Shown here: positions 1-9,040 of the stretch, one piece after another | Layout of the letters: each line of letters begins with the position of its first letter | Position numbering within the stretch: position 1 is the stretch's first letter | NCBI GenBank assembly: GCA_016839555.1 | Contig: JAEOUA010000006.1 | Span: 512,001 to 576,000, forward strand | Direction: 5' to 3' | DNA: 64,000 nucleotides | From: Promethearchaeota archaeon | GTDB taxonomy: Archaea > Asgardarchaeota > Lokiarchaeia > Sigyniarchaeales > SOKP01 | Made by a program: the position numbers and the translations under genes | The notes under the pieces: model-generated | What the model was told of the DNA's origin: nothing | Databases searched by the model: none | What the model saw: only the letters and a program-made list of their open reading frames with translations

Positions 1-91
1 AGCCGAACTCAAAACCGACCAATTGAGTCCTTTTACGCATGAACTGGGCTATAGTTCCTTGTTTAATGCGCCCATCTTCCTCTGTTGTCAT
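1..91 (-). CDS. N-terminus of a probable DNA topoisomerase VI subunit B (runs off the window edge)
   Basis: ATG at 91 opens MTTEEDGRIKQGTIAQFMRKRTQLVGFEFG, which resembles the Top6B N-terminal S(I/P)AEFF.(K/R)N..L.GF motif. Only 30 codons are visible. Confidence 0.55.
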   Translation of the reverse strand, partial: MTTEEDGRIKQGTIAQFMRKRTQLVGFEFG

Positions 92-793
92 TATTTATTA
101 CATTTCTCTTTGTAGTTGATTATCTATTTTTATATATATCAAATGATCTTTATTATACAAATTATATTAGATGTATGAGTAAATACTTATAAACCCAACT
201 TTCTTCTTACTTTGCTACATGTATAAAATCTTTCAATTTTTTAGAAAATCGAGAAGATATTTAAATTTTTTTATTCCAAATGTTTATAAGAAATGATCTT
301 GAAAAATCTGATATTTAGAAATTGTTTATAAAGATTTTATAAGTTATTAATTCTGAAATTTTCTAAGCCTTTATAATTCTTTTTAGAAACTAAATAATAT
401 GAAGTAAATTCTAAAATAAATTTAATACGTGATTAAATTTTATACAATTAATAATTTTTAACAATTTACTTTTTTAATCTTTTTAGCTGGAAATGTAATT
501 CTATTCTAATACAAAATAATAAATTTTTACTAAAAAAAGTTTTCAATTGATTTTAATTATTGAAATTTTCTCTTCTCTAAAATTTTTAAATTTGATAGGA
601 ATAATAAGGAAATTATGAAAAAATTTCATGAATGAACATAATAGATAAACTGAAAGGAAATTATTGTATCTTATTAGATTTTTTTAATGGTAAATATTCA
701 TTTCTAATATCAAATTAAAAATAAAATTAATATATTAACCTTTAAAATAAACCAAACAAAAGAAGTAGATTTTAAGATCAAAGAGAATGAAAT

Positions 794-2068
794 TTAAAGA
801 TCCTTTATTCTGTAATTCTCTAATGCGTTATCTATAATTTTTGCGGCTATATAACGCTTAGTATGCCTGGGTATATGTTGTATATGCTTTTCTTTATCGA
901 TAATATATACTTCATTTTCTGAGCTTTCAAAGCCTAATTCTCCCCCAACATCATTAGCAACTATTAAATCTATATCCGATTTTTTTAAACGTGCAAAAGC
1001 TCTGTCTATTAATTCGGTTTTAGAAACATTCGTCTCAGCCTTGAACGCCACAATAAATACCTTATTATTTACTTTACGAGCTTCATCTATAATTTTTGGT
1101 GTTAAATGCATATTCACTTGCAGTTCTTTTACTTCATCTGATGATATTTTTCCTTGCAAGCATTCTTTTGGGGAATAGTCGCTAATAGCAGCAGCACAGA
1201 TAAACATATCATAATCCTTTTTAGACAATTCATTCTTAACCGTGTTAATGAAATCGCTTGTAGAAATCACATTTACGACATTTAAATAATCGGGTGTTGG
1301 ATAAGAGCTTTTTCCATTGATAAGTAAAACTTCCCCGCCTCTGGCTGAAGCTTCTTTGGCAATTTCTATACCCATTCGTCCTGAAGATTCATTAGAAACA
1401 AATCTGATTTCATCTATATATTCTCGAGTAGGGCCCGCAGTGACGAGAATTTTCATTCCATGGAGATCTTTTTTGGATACTAAAAGATCAATTACTCGAT
1501 CAATTATATCATCAATTTTTGCGATTTTTGCCTTACCTTCGGAGATACGAGGACCTAATATTTCAACTCCATATTTCCGTAATTTTATAATATTTTCCTT
1601 CAATATCGGATGGTTAAACATTGATTCATGCATTGCAGGTACCACGATGATTGGAGTTCCAGACCCAAAGGCTGTTGTCACAATTGTAGTAACTGCAGTA
1701 TCATCAATTCCATTTGCTATTTTTGAAATGGTATTGGCAGTTGCAGGACATACTAATATTAAGTCTGCTTTTCCCAAACCTCTTGGTCGTTCACCCGCCA
1801 AATATACATGCTCAACCGCTCCTGTTAATTTAGTAATTACATTATTACCTGTTGCCCAATGCATCATTGTGGGAGAAATAAGTTCAGTTGCAGCTTTAGT
1901 CATTACTGCAATGACCTCTGCTCCAAACCTCATAAGTTCTCTAGCAATAATTGGCGCACTTATAATAGCAACACTTCCAGTTAAACACATACATATCGTT
2001 TTACCTCTTAAAATAGTTCCTTCTGATTCTTGAATATCTTTGGAAGGGTGACTCATTTTTTTTCTCAC
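794..2068 (-). CDS. coaBC: Bifunctional phosphopantothenoylcysteine decarboxylase/phosphopantothenate-cysteine ligase
   Basis: TGSVA, PATANTISKIANGIDD, PAMHESM, TAGPTREYIDEIRFVSNESSGRMG and FKAET motifs. True start may be MSHPSKD (2056). Confidence 0.95.
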   Translation of the reverse strand: MRKKMSHPSKDIQESEGTILRGKTICMCLTGSVAIISAPIIARELMRFGAEVIAVMTKAATELISPTMMHWATGNNVITKLTGAVEHVYLAGERPRGLGKADLILVCPATANTISKIANGIDDTAVTTIVTTAFGSGTPIIVVPAMHESMFNHPILKENIIKLRKYGVEILGPRISEGKAKIAKIDDIIDRVIDLLVSKKDLHGMKILVTAGPTREYIDEIRFVSNESSGRMGIEIAKEASARGGEVLLINGKSSYPTPDYLNVVNVISTSDFINTVKNELSKKDYDMFICAAAISDYSPKECLQGKISSDEVKELQVNMHLTPKIIDEARKVNNKVFIVAFKAETNVSKTELIDRAFARLKKSDIDLIVANDVGGELGFESSENEVYIIDKEKHIQHIPRHTKRYIAAKIIDNALENYRIKDL

Positions 2069-2168
2069 TTTGAAGGGTTTCTGTATGACATACTATTTAA
2101 AGGAAAAGGAACTTCAATAATAAAATTTTCTATGTTTATAATAAATATAAGAATTAGTATTTTTATCT

Positions 2169-3635
2169 TTAAGTTTCTAATGCTTTTTCCCATTTATTAA
2201 AATAGTTTTTCCAATTAATTAATGGTTCGAACGGACTCAACTTAAATTTTGTTAATAAATGTATATATTGATCTTTATAATCCTTTATTAATTGTGCTTT
2301 AGTATAATTTTTTGAAGGTTTTGGTAAAACTGAGTTTTTTAATGGATCCGATTGTATATTCCACCATTCTTTTTTAAATTTTGTCCCATATTTTTCTTCA
2401 AAATAGGACATATTATTATAAACAGGAGTTATTGGATCATTAATAAATAAAGAGGGACTTATTTGAATATTCTCGTGAAAACCATAAGTCTCCAAAAAAT
2501 TTATAGTATCTTGAAAAGATTGAGCATTTTCTCCTGGAAATCCTGCAAGAGTATTGATTCTACAATATGGTTCAGTAATTGTTTTATAAAATTCAAGAAT
2601 TTTTTTCATTTTTTTAAAATAATTCCCAGGATTTCTTGTTTTATTCATTTCTATTAACAGATTTTCATTAGCACTTTCAAAACCAAAACCAGCTACCATT
2701 CCTGCCTTTTTAAAAAAATACAATATTTCTTTATGATTATAAACAATTTCTATTCTTGTTTGGCATGTAAATTTAAATATCTCTTGTAGGTTATTTTTAA
2801 TAATATATTTCAATATTTTATTACTCAAAATTGCACTATTAAATGACTGGTCCAAAAAACCAATTTTTGGAAGCTTATTATTGTATTTTAAAACAATTCT
2901 TTGCAATTTTTCGAATCTTTTTATAAATTGGATGAATGAAAAATTCCGAAAATTAGTTCTCATTATTTTGCAAAAACTACAATTAAATGGACAGCCTCTT
3001 GATAAATGAATTGTAAAATTGAATTTGTTCTTGTAATTGTATTTATTGAGATAGCTAAGATAATCCGGAAAAGGTAATAAATTTAAATCAAAATCATTTC
3101 TTGATTCAATAATTTGAGGTTGCTTACTATTTTTAGCTTTATTCAAATAATTTGATTTTATTAGATCTAACATAACACTTTCAGGTTCACCAACAATTAC
3201 AATATTAAAATTTGATCCCTTATTTGTAAAATCGCTAGCAATAGCGGTTGGATGTTGTCCTCCAACGATAATTTTAGCTTTAGGGAACTCCTCTTTAAAT
3301 ATTTCTGATATATAGTTAGTTTGAAGGTATTGATAACTTGAATCTAAAAAAAATGAAACATTTTCAAATTTTTCTATAGAGTTATGTTCAAGTACTTTAA
3401 TTACTTTCTCTTTAAATTTTAAAAAATCTATCTCATTTTTTGAGAATAAGGGGCTTAATTCTTCTTCAAATCTTAGATCTAAAAAGTCTATTGATATATT
3501 TTCCTTTTTTTTTAATAGAGCAGATATTTGAAGTGATTTAAGTGGCAATTCTGAATAAAATAAATCTTTATGGTATACATCCTGGAAAAAAAAAGTAGGA
3601 TATATGATTAATAAATTAGATTTTTTATTTCTCAT
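2169..3635 (-). CDS. B12-binding-domain radical SAM protein
   Basis: IIVGGQHPT ... VVGEPE cobalamin-domain pattern; SRGCPFNCSFC CxxxCxxC motif; GFES, GFPGE. Confidence 0.85.
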   Translation of the reverse strand: MRNKKSNLLIIYPTFFFQDVYHKDLFYSELPLKSLQISALLKKKENISIDFLDLRFEEELSPLFSKNEIDFLKFKEKVIKVLEHNSIEKFENVSFFLDSSYQYLQTNYISEIFKEEFPKAKIIVGGQHPTAIASDFTNKGSNFNIVIVGEPESVMLDLIKSNYLNKAKNSKQPQIIESRNDFDLNLLPFPDYLSYLNKYNYKNKFNFTIHLSRGCPFNCSFCKIMRTNFRNFSFIQFIKRFEKLQRIVLKYNNKLPKIGFLDQSFNSAILSNKILKYIIKNNLQEIFKFTCQTRIEIVYNHKEILYFFKKAGMVAGFGFESANENLLIEMNKTRNPGNYFKKMKKILEFYKTITEPYCRINTLAGFPGENAQSFQDTINFLETYGFHENIQISPSLFINDPITPVYNNMSYFEEKYGTKFKKEWWNIQSDPLKNSVLPKPSKNYTKAQLIKDYKDQYIHLLTKFKLSPFEPLINWKNYFNKWEKALET

Positions 3636-3795
3636 GATAAATTACAATAAATTTTACACATAAACTTGAATTTTTTATTAGTAATTTAAATTAATTTAAT
3701 ATGTAATATTTAGATACTTAAATTATAAGCGAGATAATTAAAACTAAACGAAAACTTTTCTTATCATTTAAAGGGAATTTAAAAGCCATAATAAA

Positions 3796-4662
3796 ATGAA
3801 GATTGGAATACTAATTAATAGAGTAACTTGGGAAGTAAAGCAATTAATTACTGAATTTGAAAAAAGAAAAATTAATTATAATTTAATAAACAATCAAAAA
3901 CTATTCTTTAGATTAAATAAAGAAAAGGAGTTTGAAGGTCGATATGATGTAATTTTAGAAAGATCTCTTAGCTATTTAAGAGGTTTATATACCACAGCAA
4001 TATTAGAAACAAAAGGATATAATATTGTTAATAATTATAATTGTTTAAATATAACCGGAAATAAATTATTAACAACATTAAAACTGATTGAAAAAAACAT
4101 CCCTACACCCAAAACTTGCGTTTCATTTAAACCAGAACCAGCTATTGGGGCTATAAAAGAGGAAATAAAGTATCCTGCTATTTTAAAACCCATTATTGGC
4201 TCATGGGGTAGACTTATCGCAAAACTAGATGATTATACTAGTGCAATGGGAAATCTTGAATGCAGAGAAGTAATGGGTAATGTTCTTCAGAAGATATACT
4301 ATATACAAGAATATTTAGGGCACCAAGATTCAAATATGCCTACAGATTTAAGAGTTTTTGTAATTGGAAAAGAATGTATAGCGGCAATGGGTCGATTTAA
4401 ACCGGAGGATGATTTTAGAAGTAATATTGCAATAGGTGGTACCGCAAAAAAAATAGATATTAATAAAGATATAGCAAAAATTAGTTTGAGCGCATCAAAT
4501 GCTGTAAATGGAGAGATAGTTGGTGTAGATTTGATGAGAAAGCAAAACGAATTGAAAGTTATAGAAATTAATGGAACACCTCAATTTAGAGCGATAGCAA
4601 CCTCCACAAAGATGAATATTGCTGGGAAGATTGTAGATTTCTTAGAAAATACATATGGATAA
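3796..4662 (+). CDS. lysX: LysX/ArgX RimK-family ATP-grasp [LysW]-amino acid ligase
   Basis: KPIIGSWGRLIAK, YIQEY, DLRVFVIG, FRSNIAIGG, EINGTPQF; first gene of a lysX-lysZ-lysK cluster. Confidence 0.9.
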   Translation: MKIGILINRVTWEVKQLITEFEKRKINYNLINNQKLFFRLNKEKEFEGRYDVILERSLSYLRGLYTTAILETKGYNIVNNYNCLNITGNKLLTTLKLIEKNIPTPKTCVSFKPEPAIGAIKEEIKYPAILKPIIGSWGRLIAKLDDYTSAMGNLECREVMGNVLQKIYYIQEYLGHQDSNMPTDLRVFVIGKECIAAMGRFKPEDDFRSNIAIGGTAKKIDINKDIAKISLSASNAVNGEIVGVDLMRKQNELKVIEINGTPQFRAIATSTKMNIAGKIVDFLENTYG

Positions 4663-4684
4663 ATATATAAAAACTATTTGAAAA

Positions 4685-5512
4685 ATGAGTATTATTGTTG
4701 TCAAAATAGGCGGGGCATTAATAGCCGAAAATTTTGAGAATGTTGTAAGTGATATTTCTAAGATTTATCTTAATTTAAAAAATAAATATAGTTTAGTATT
4801 GTTGCATGGGGGAGGTCCACAAATAGATACAATACTTAAACAAATGAATAAAAAACCTAAATATTTTAAGACCCCCTCGGGATTTACAACGAGGTATACT
4901 GACCAAGAAACGATTGAAATCGCAATAATGGCGTTAGCAGGAATTAATAATAAGAGATTAGTTGAGGCTTTGCAAAAACAAGGTGTAAATGCTTTTGGTT
5001 TTACAGGTATTGATGGAGGATGCATTAATGCTAAAAGGAAAGAAAAAATATTAGTCTTAATTAATGGGAAAAGGATATTAAAGAGGGGAGAATTTTCTGG
5101 TAAAGTAGATAATGTTAATACTGAGATATTAAACTTTTTAATAAAAAAGGATTATATCCCCGTTATTGGTTCTTTAGCGAAGAGTGAAGAGGGAGATATT
5201 GTAAACGTTGATGGAGACAGAGCAGCAGGATATGTTGCTGATGCTTTAAATGCCGATATTTTGATCAGTTTAACCGATGTGGAAGGTATTTATAAAAATT
5301 TCGATAATAAAAATTCTCTTATTAAAGAAATTAAATCATTTCAATTAGAGAATTTATTAGAAGATTTAAAAGGTGGGATGAAAAAGAAAGCCTATGCTGC
5401 CTTAGAAGCTTTAAAAATGAATGTAAAAAAAGTTATTATTTCAAGCGGATTATCAAAAAATCCAATATCAAATGCATTAGAAAAACTAGCAGGAACAGTG
5501 ATAACTAAATGA
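4685..5512 (+). CDS. lysZ: [LysW]-aminoadipate/glutamate kinase
   Basis: VVKIGG, HGGG, SGFTTRYTD, NVDGDRAA, LTDVEG, GGMKKK amino-acid-kinase motifs. Confidence 0.9.
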   Translation: MSIIVVKIGGALIAENFENVVSDISKIYLNLKNKYSLVLLHGGGPQIDTILKQMNKKPKYFKTPSGFTTRYTDQETIEIAIMALAGINNKRLVEALQKQGVNAFGFTGIDGGCINAKRKEKILVLINGKRILKRGEFSGKVDNVNTEILNFLIKKDYIPVIGSLAKSEEGDIVNVDGDRAAGYVADALNADILISLTDVEGIYKNFDNKNSLIKEIKSFQLENLLEDLKGGMKKKAYAALEALKMNVKKVIISSGLSKNPISNALEKLAGTVITK

Positions 5513-6660
5513 ATAAAGATGCTGTAAAATTTCTTAGGAATTGTATTGAAATTTATAGCCCCTCAGGAAAGGAAGAAAAATATTCCCAATTTCTCGCTAA
5601 ATTCTTAAATTCCCATAATTTTACAATGAGATTTGATTCTATAGGAAATTTAATCGCCGAGAAAGGTAAAGGTGCCCCAATTATATTGCTTTCCTCACAT
5701 ATGGATACTATACCAGGGGAATTGCCAATTAAAGAGAAAAATGGAAAAATATTTGGAAGAGGGGCTGTTGATTGTAAATCATCATTGGCCGCAATAGTTT
5801 ATTCAATTTCTAAATATGATTTCAAACCTTATAATAAAGGCACAATTATTTTTGCGGGAATTGTTCAAGAGGAAAGTAGTCTTTTAGGTATTAAAGAATT
5901 TATTAAATCAAATATAAAACCTGATTTCGCGATTTTTGGAGAACCAACTAAAATTGATCAACTCTGTATTGGGTATAAAGGCAGATTATGTATTAAGTAT
6001 TCAGCATCCACTAAAATAGGTCATGTAGCCAGCTCTTGGTTATACATAAATGCTATAGATATTTGTCTTAAAATATGGAATATTATAAAAAAATCATGCA
6101 AAATATTAACCGAAAAATATTGTAAGAATAATAAAAATACTAAATATTTTAATCAAATAATTCCAAATTTGACGGTTATTTCTGGAGGGAATTTAACAAA
6201 TTGTATTCCTTCAAATGCATTTATACAAGTTGATATTAGATTTCCTCCATCAATCAATTCACAAAAAATATTAGATTTTTTAGAGAATAAAATTACTAAA
6301 CTTGTGCAAGATTATCAGAACCCAAAAAAAATTAAAATTATAGTTCAGAAAAGTATATCTAGTCAAGTGGAAGGATTTGAAATTAAGGGTAATGATATAA
6401 TAACAAGTGCTTTAAGATGGGCAATCTTCAACACAATTAATAAAAAACCAAAATTGATAAAAAAAACCGGCACAACTTTTATAAATGAGATTGGATCTCA
6501 TTTTAACATTCCTTCCATCACATATGGGCCAGGAGATCCAAAATTGGAGCATACAGATAAAGAGTATATTGAAATCGAGGAATATTTAAATTCGATTGAA
6601 ATATATAAGAAATTCTTCTTCAAATTTTTTGAACTTTATCAAAAAAAATATCAAAATTGA
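5509..6660 (+). CDS. lysK: [LysW]-lysine/ornithine hydrolase (M20 family)
   Basis: YSPSGKE, SHMDTIPG, GRGAVDCK, QEE, GEPT, YGPGD..LEHT; ATGA overlap with lysZ. Confidence 0.85.
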   Translation: MNKDAVKFLRNCIEIYSPSGKEEKYSQFLAKFLNSHNFTMRFDSIGNLIAEKGKGAPIILLSSHMDTIPGELPIKEKNGKIFGRGAVDCKSSLAAIVYSISKYDFKPYNKGTIIFAGIVQEESSLLGIKEFIKSNIKPDFAIFGEPTKIDQLCIGYKGRLCIKYSASTKIGHVASSWLYINAIDICLKIWNIIKKSCKILTEKYCKNNKNTKYFNQIIPNLTVISGGNLTNCIPSNAFIQVDIRFPPSINSQKILDFLENKITKLVQDYQNPKKIKIIVQKSISSQVEGFEIKGNDIITSALRWAIFNTINKKPKLIKKTGTTFINEIGSHFNIPSITYGPGDPKLEHTDKEYIEIEEYLNSIEIYKKFFFKFFELYQKKYQN

Positions 6661-6675
6661 GGAATTTTAAAATAA

Positions 6676-9021
6676 TTAATTTCTAATTAAATTAATCTTT
6701 AGATTCAATTTTTCTACTAATTGGTTAAATTTGCGAAATTCCTTCAATGAAATTTTATCCTTATCGCCAAATTTTAATATATTATTGATTTTATTTCCAT
6801 AATATGTTTTTTTAACTTCAGAAATATCATACAAATTACCTATTTTATAAACAGGCATTTTTTTAAATTCTTCCTTGCGAATAGTTAAAATCGCATTAGA
6901 ATATTTAATAAAGGGAGTATTCTTCATTTTTTTTAAATTAAAAATATTGGTGGATCCAATTGATCTTTCCTTTAATAGATTATTAATATATATATGAATT
7001 TCTTTCATTAGATCTTCCTTAAAATCATCTAAATTGGAGTCTTCTTTAATGATATTCTTAATTATATCAGAATATGGTAAATCCATTCCATTTAGATTAT
7101 TGGAGAGATTTAAAAGAATGATAATTTGGTCTGCTTTGTCTTGGGGATCTTTTTTTATTTCTTCAAAAATATATTCACGTTCTTCTTTGATATAACTGAA
7201 TAAAAATTTACGAAATTCTTTTACAAATTTACTATAATTAGGGATAAATTTTTTATTAGGATTAGTAGTAACTAATCTATTTGCTTTGAAAGGATCAATT
7301 TCTCTATTTTTTACTGCTCTAATTAAAGAGATTGGATAATATCCTTCAATAAATTCCATGTTCTGTGCAATACTTTTAATGGAATCTTTGAATGAACATT
7401 TTGTAATAACATTAACGATTTTGATTAAGTTTGCTTCTATTTTTATAGGTGTTTTTATACAATAACATAGATCAAATGGTTTCAAATCGTGAAATAATGG
7501 ATTATTTTGATCTGGGATGATAATTTGAGCACTAGACGCATTTATTAGATTCCCTTTGATCGGTTTCTTTGCTAAATCCCATTCTATTATCATAACATTT
7601 TCATTTGAATATTCTTGTTCAATATCATAAGAATAATCTATATCTTGTCTCAATAAGGGAATCCCATCATTTATATTAATTTGGTAATCCTCATCCCCCC
7701 AAAATTGATTTTTATAATAAAAAATATCGGGAAATTGTGTTAAATCATCAAGAAAAAGATCACGGATTATGAAATAATTTATACCTAAATCAGATGACTT
7801 TATAGCAGAAGTTTTATCACCAAAAAATCCTAATTTTTTAATAATATATAAATATGTTTCATTTTGTAAATTTTCCTTATCATGATCTACTACGTAAACA
7901 TTTCTTTTTTTTCTAAAACCAACTTTTGTTCTTATAACATCATATTTTTCCATTAACAGCTTAAGAAATGAGAATTTTTTTAAATAGACTTTTTTCTCCA
8001 ATTCTTTAATTTCATTTTTATATGTTTCATAAATTTCTTTATAGTCTTCTTCAGGAATTTCTATAACATCAAATTGACTTTTCATTAATTTTAATTTATC
8101 TAATACACAAAAATCTTCAATTTCTTCAACAAAATGTTCTATTAAATCTTTTTTTAGTTCGTTTAATTTACTTTGAGAGAAAATTTTGTTGAATTCCTCA
8201 TTTATTTTAATTAAGGTTTCATGATTTTTTTTTACAAAATAAATTGAAAAATATCTTTGATTTAAATTACTACTTTCAACCATTTTTTTAAATTTTGTAA
8301 GAAATTTAGATAAAAAAGTCAGATCCTTATGCTTAGTTATTTCATTTAAATAATGAATAACCCTTAAAAGATTATAAAAGGAATATTGATGTACAGAATT
8401 TATTAATTTTTTAAACCCAGATTCTATTAACTCTTCATATTTTTCTAAATACTTACCTAAATCATTCTGATAACCATTTTTTAGGAATTCAAACAATTCG
8501 ATTAATAAATCATTCTTTATAGCTATTTCTAGATATTTCTTTATGGTTGGTTCGCAATTAAATTCACTTATTATTGCTTTGTTTAAATAATTCAATCCTT
8601 CAATAATATTATTTTTCTCTTGAAAACACTTATTAGCAATAATTTGAAAATTCCTTCTTTTTTTCTCGGAACCAAAATCCTCAGAAGTCAAATTATATTG
8701 ATTTAGGTTTTTTATTATTTCCAAAGATTTTTCTTTTTTTAGGATTAAAAATAATTTTAATAGATGTTTACATATTTTTTTTTCTATACTTGAATATATG
8801 AGAAATGATGGACAATCGTGGAAAATTTCTTTTTTTTCTTCATCCACAATAATATGAAATTCTCTCTCATTGTCGAAAAAAAGCGCTCGAACAAAAAGGG
8901 GATCATTCTGAATAGAAATTATTTTTATATTATTATTTGGGAAATCTTTTGCCTTTTTAAATAAAGGCTCCCCCACTCTTTTAATTATATTTGCTTTAAG
9001 TTCTGTTTTTAATTCAGACAA
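6676..9021 (-). CDS. Hypothetical protein with N-terminal SWIM-like Zn finger
   Basis: 781-aa ORF with TTG start; HDCPSF-x9-CKH resembles the SWIM CxC..CxH motif with His as first ligand; downstream of MoxR and VWA genes. Confidence 0.7.
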   Translation of the reverse strand: MSELKTELKANIIKRVGEPLFKKAKDFPNNNIKIISIQNDPLFVRALFFDNEREFHIIVDEEKKEIFHDCPSFLIYSSIEKKICKHLLKLFLILKKEKSLEIIKNLNQYNLTSEDFGSEKKRRNFQIIANKCFQEKNNIIEGLNYLNKAIISEFNCEPTIKKYLEIAIKNDLLIELFEFLKNGYQNDLGKYLEKYEELIESGFKKLINSVHQYSFYNLLRVIHYLNEITKHKDLTFLSKFLTKFKKMVESSNLNQRYFSIYFVKKNHETLIKINEEFNKIFSQSKLNELKKDLIEHFVEEIEDFCVLDKLKLMKSQFDVIEIPEEDYKEIYETYKNEIKELEKKVYLKKFSFLKLLMEKYDVIRTKVGFRKKRNVYVVDHDKENLQNETYLYIIKKLGFFGDKTSAIKSSDLGINYFIIRDLFLDDLTQFPDIFYYKNQFWGDEDYQININDGIPLLRQDIDYSYDIEQEYSNENVMIIEWDLAKKPIKGNLINASSAQIIIPDQNNPLFHDLKPFDLCYCIKTPIKIEANLIKIVNVITKCSFKDSIKSIAQNMEFIEGYYPISLIRAVKNREIDPFKANRLVTTNPNKKFIPNYSKFVKEFRKFLFSYIKEEREYIFEEIKKDPQDKADQIIILLNLSNNLNGMDLPYSDIIKNIIKEDSNLDDFKEDLMKEIHIYINNLLKERSIGSTNIFNLKKMKNTPFIKYSNAILTIRKEEFKKMPVYKIGNLYDISEVKKTYYGNKINNILKFGDKDKISLKEFRKFNQLVEKLNLKINLIRN

Positions 9022-9040
9022 TTTTTAATTTTAAATGATT

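Noticed and set aside
92-793. 700-nt AT-rich spacer as a replication origin or repeat array
   Set aside because: Only short AT-rich repeats (AAATGATCTT twice, TTTATAA); no ORB-like motifs or regular spacing; expected at this base composition
1317-2033. 238-aa plus-strand ORF, and similar antisense ORFs at 10761, 14860, 20484, 26805, 30686, 35569, 42106 and elsewhere
   Set aside because: They lie opposite well-supported genes and have the Ser/Ile/Phe-rich composition of antisense frames
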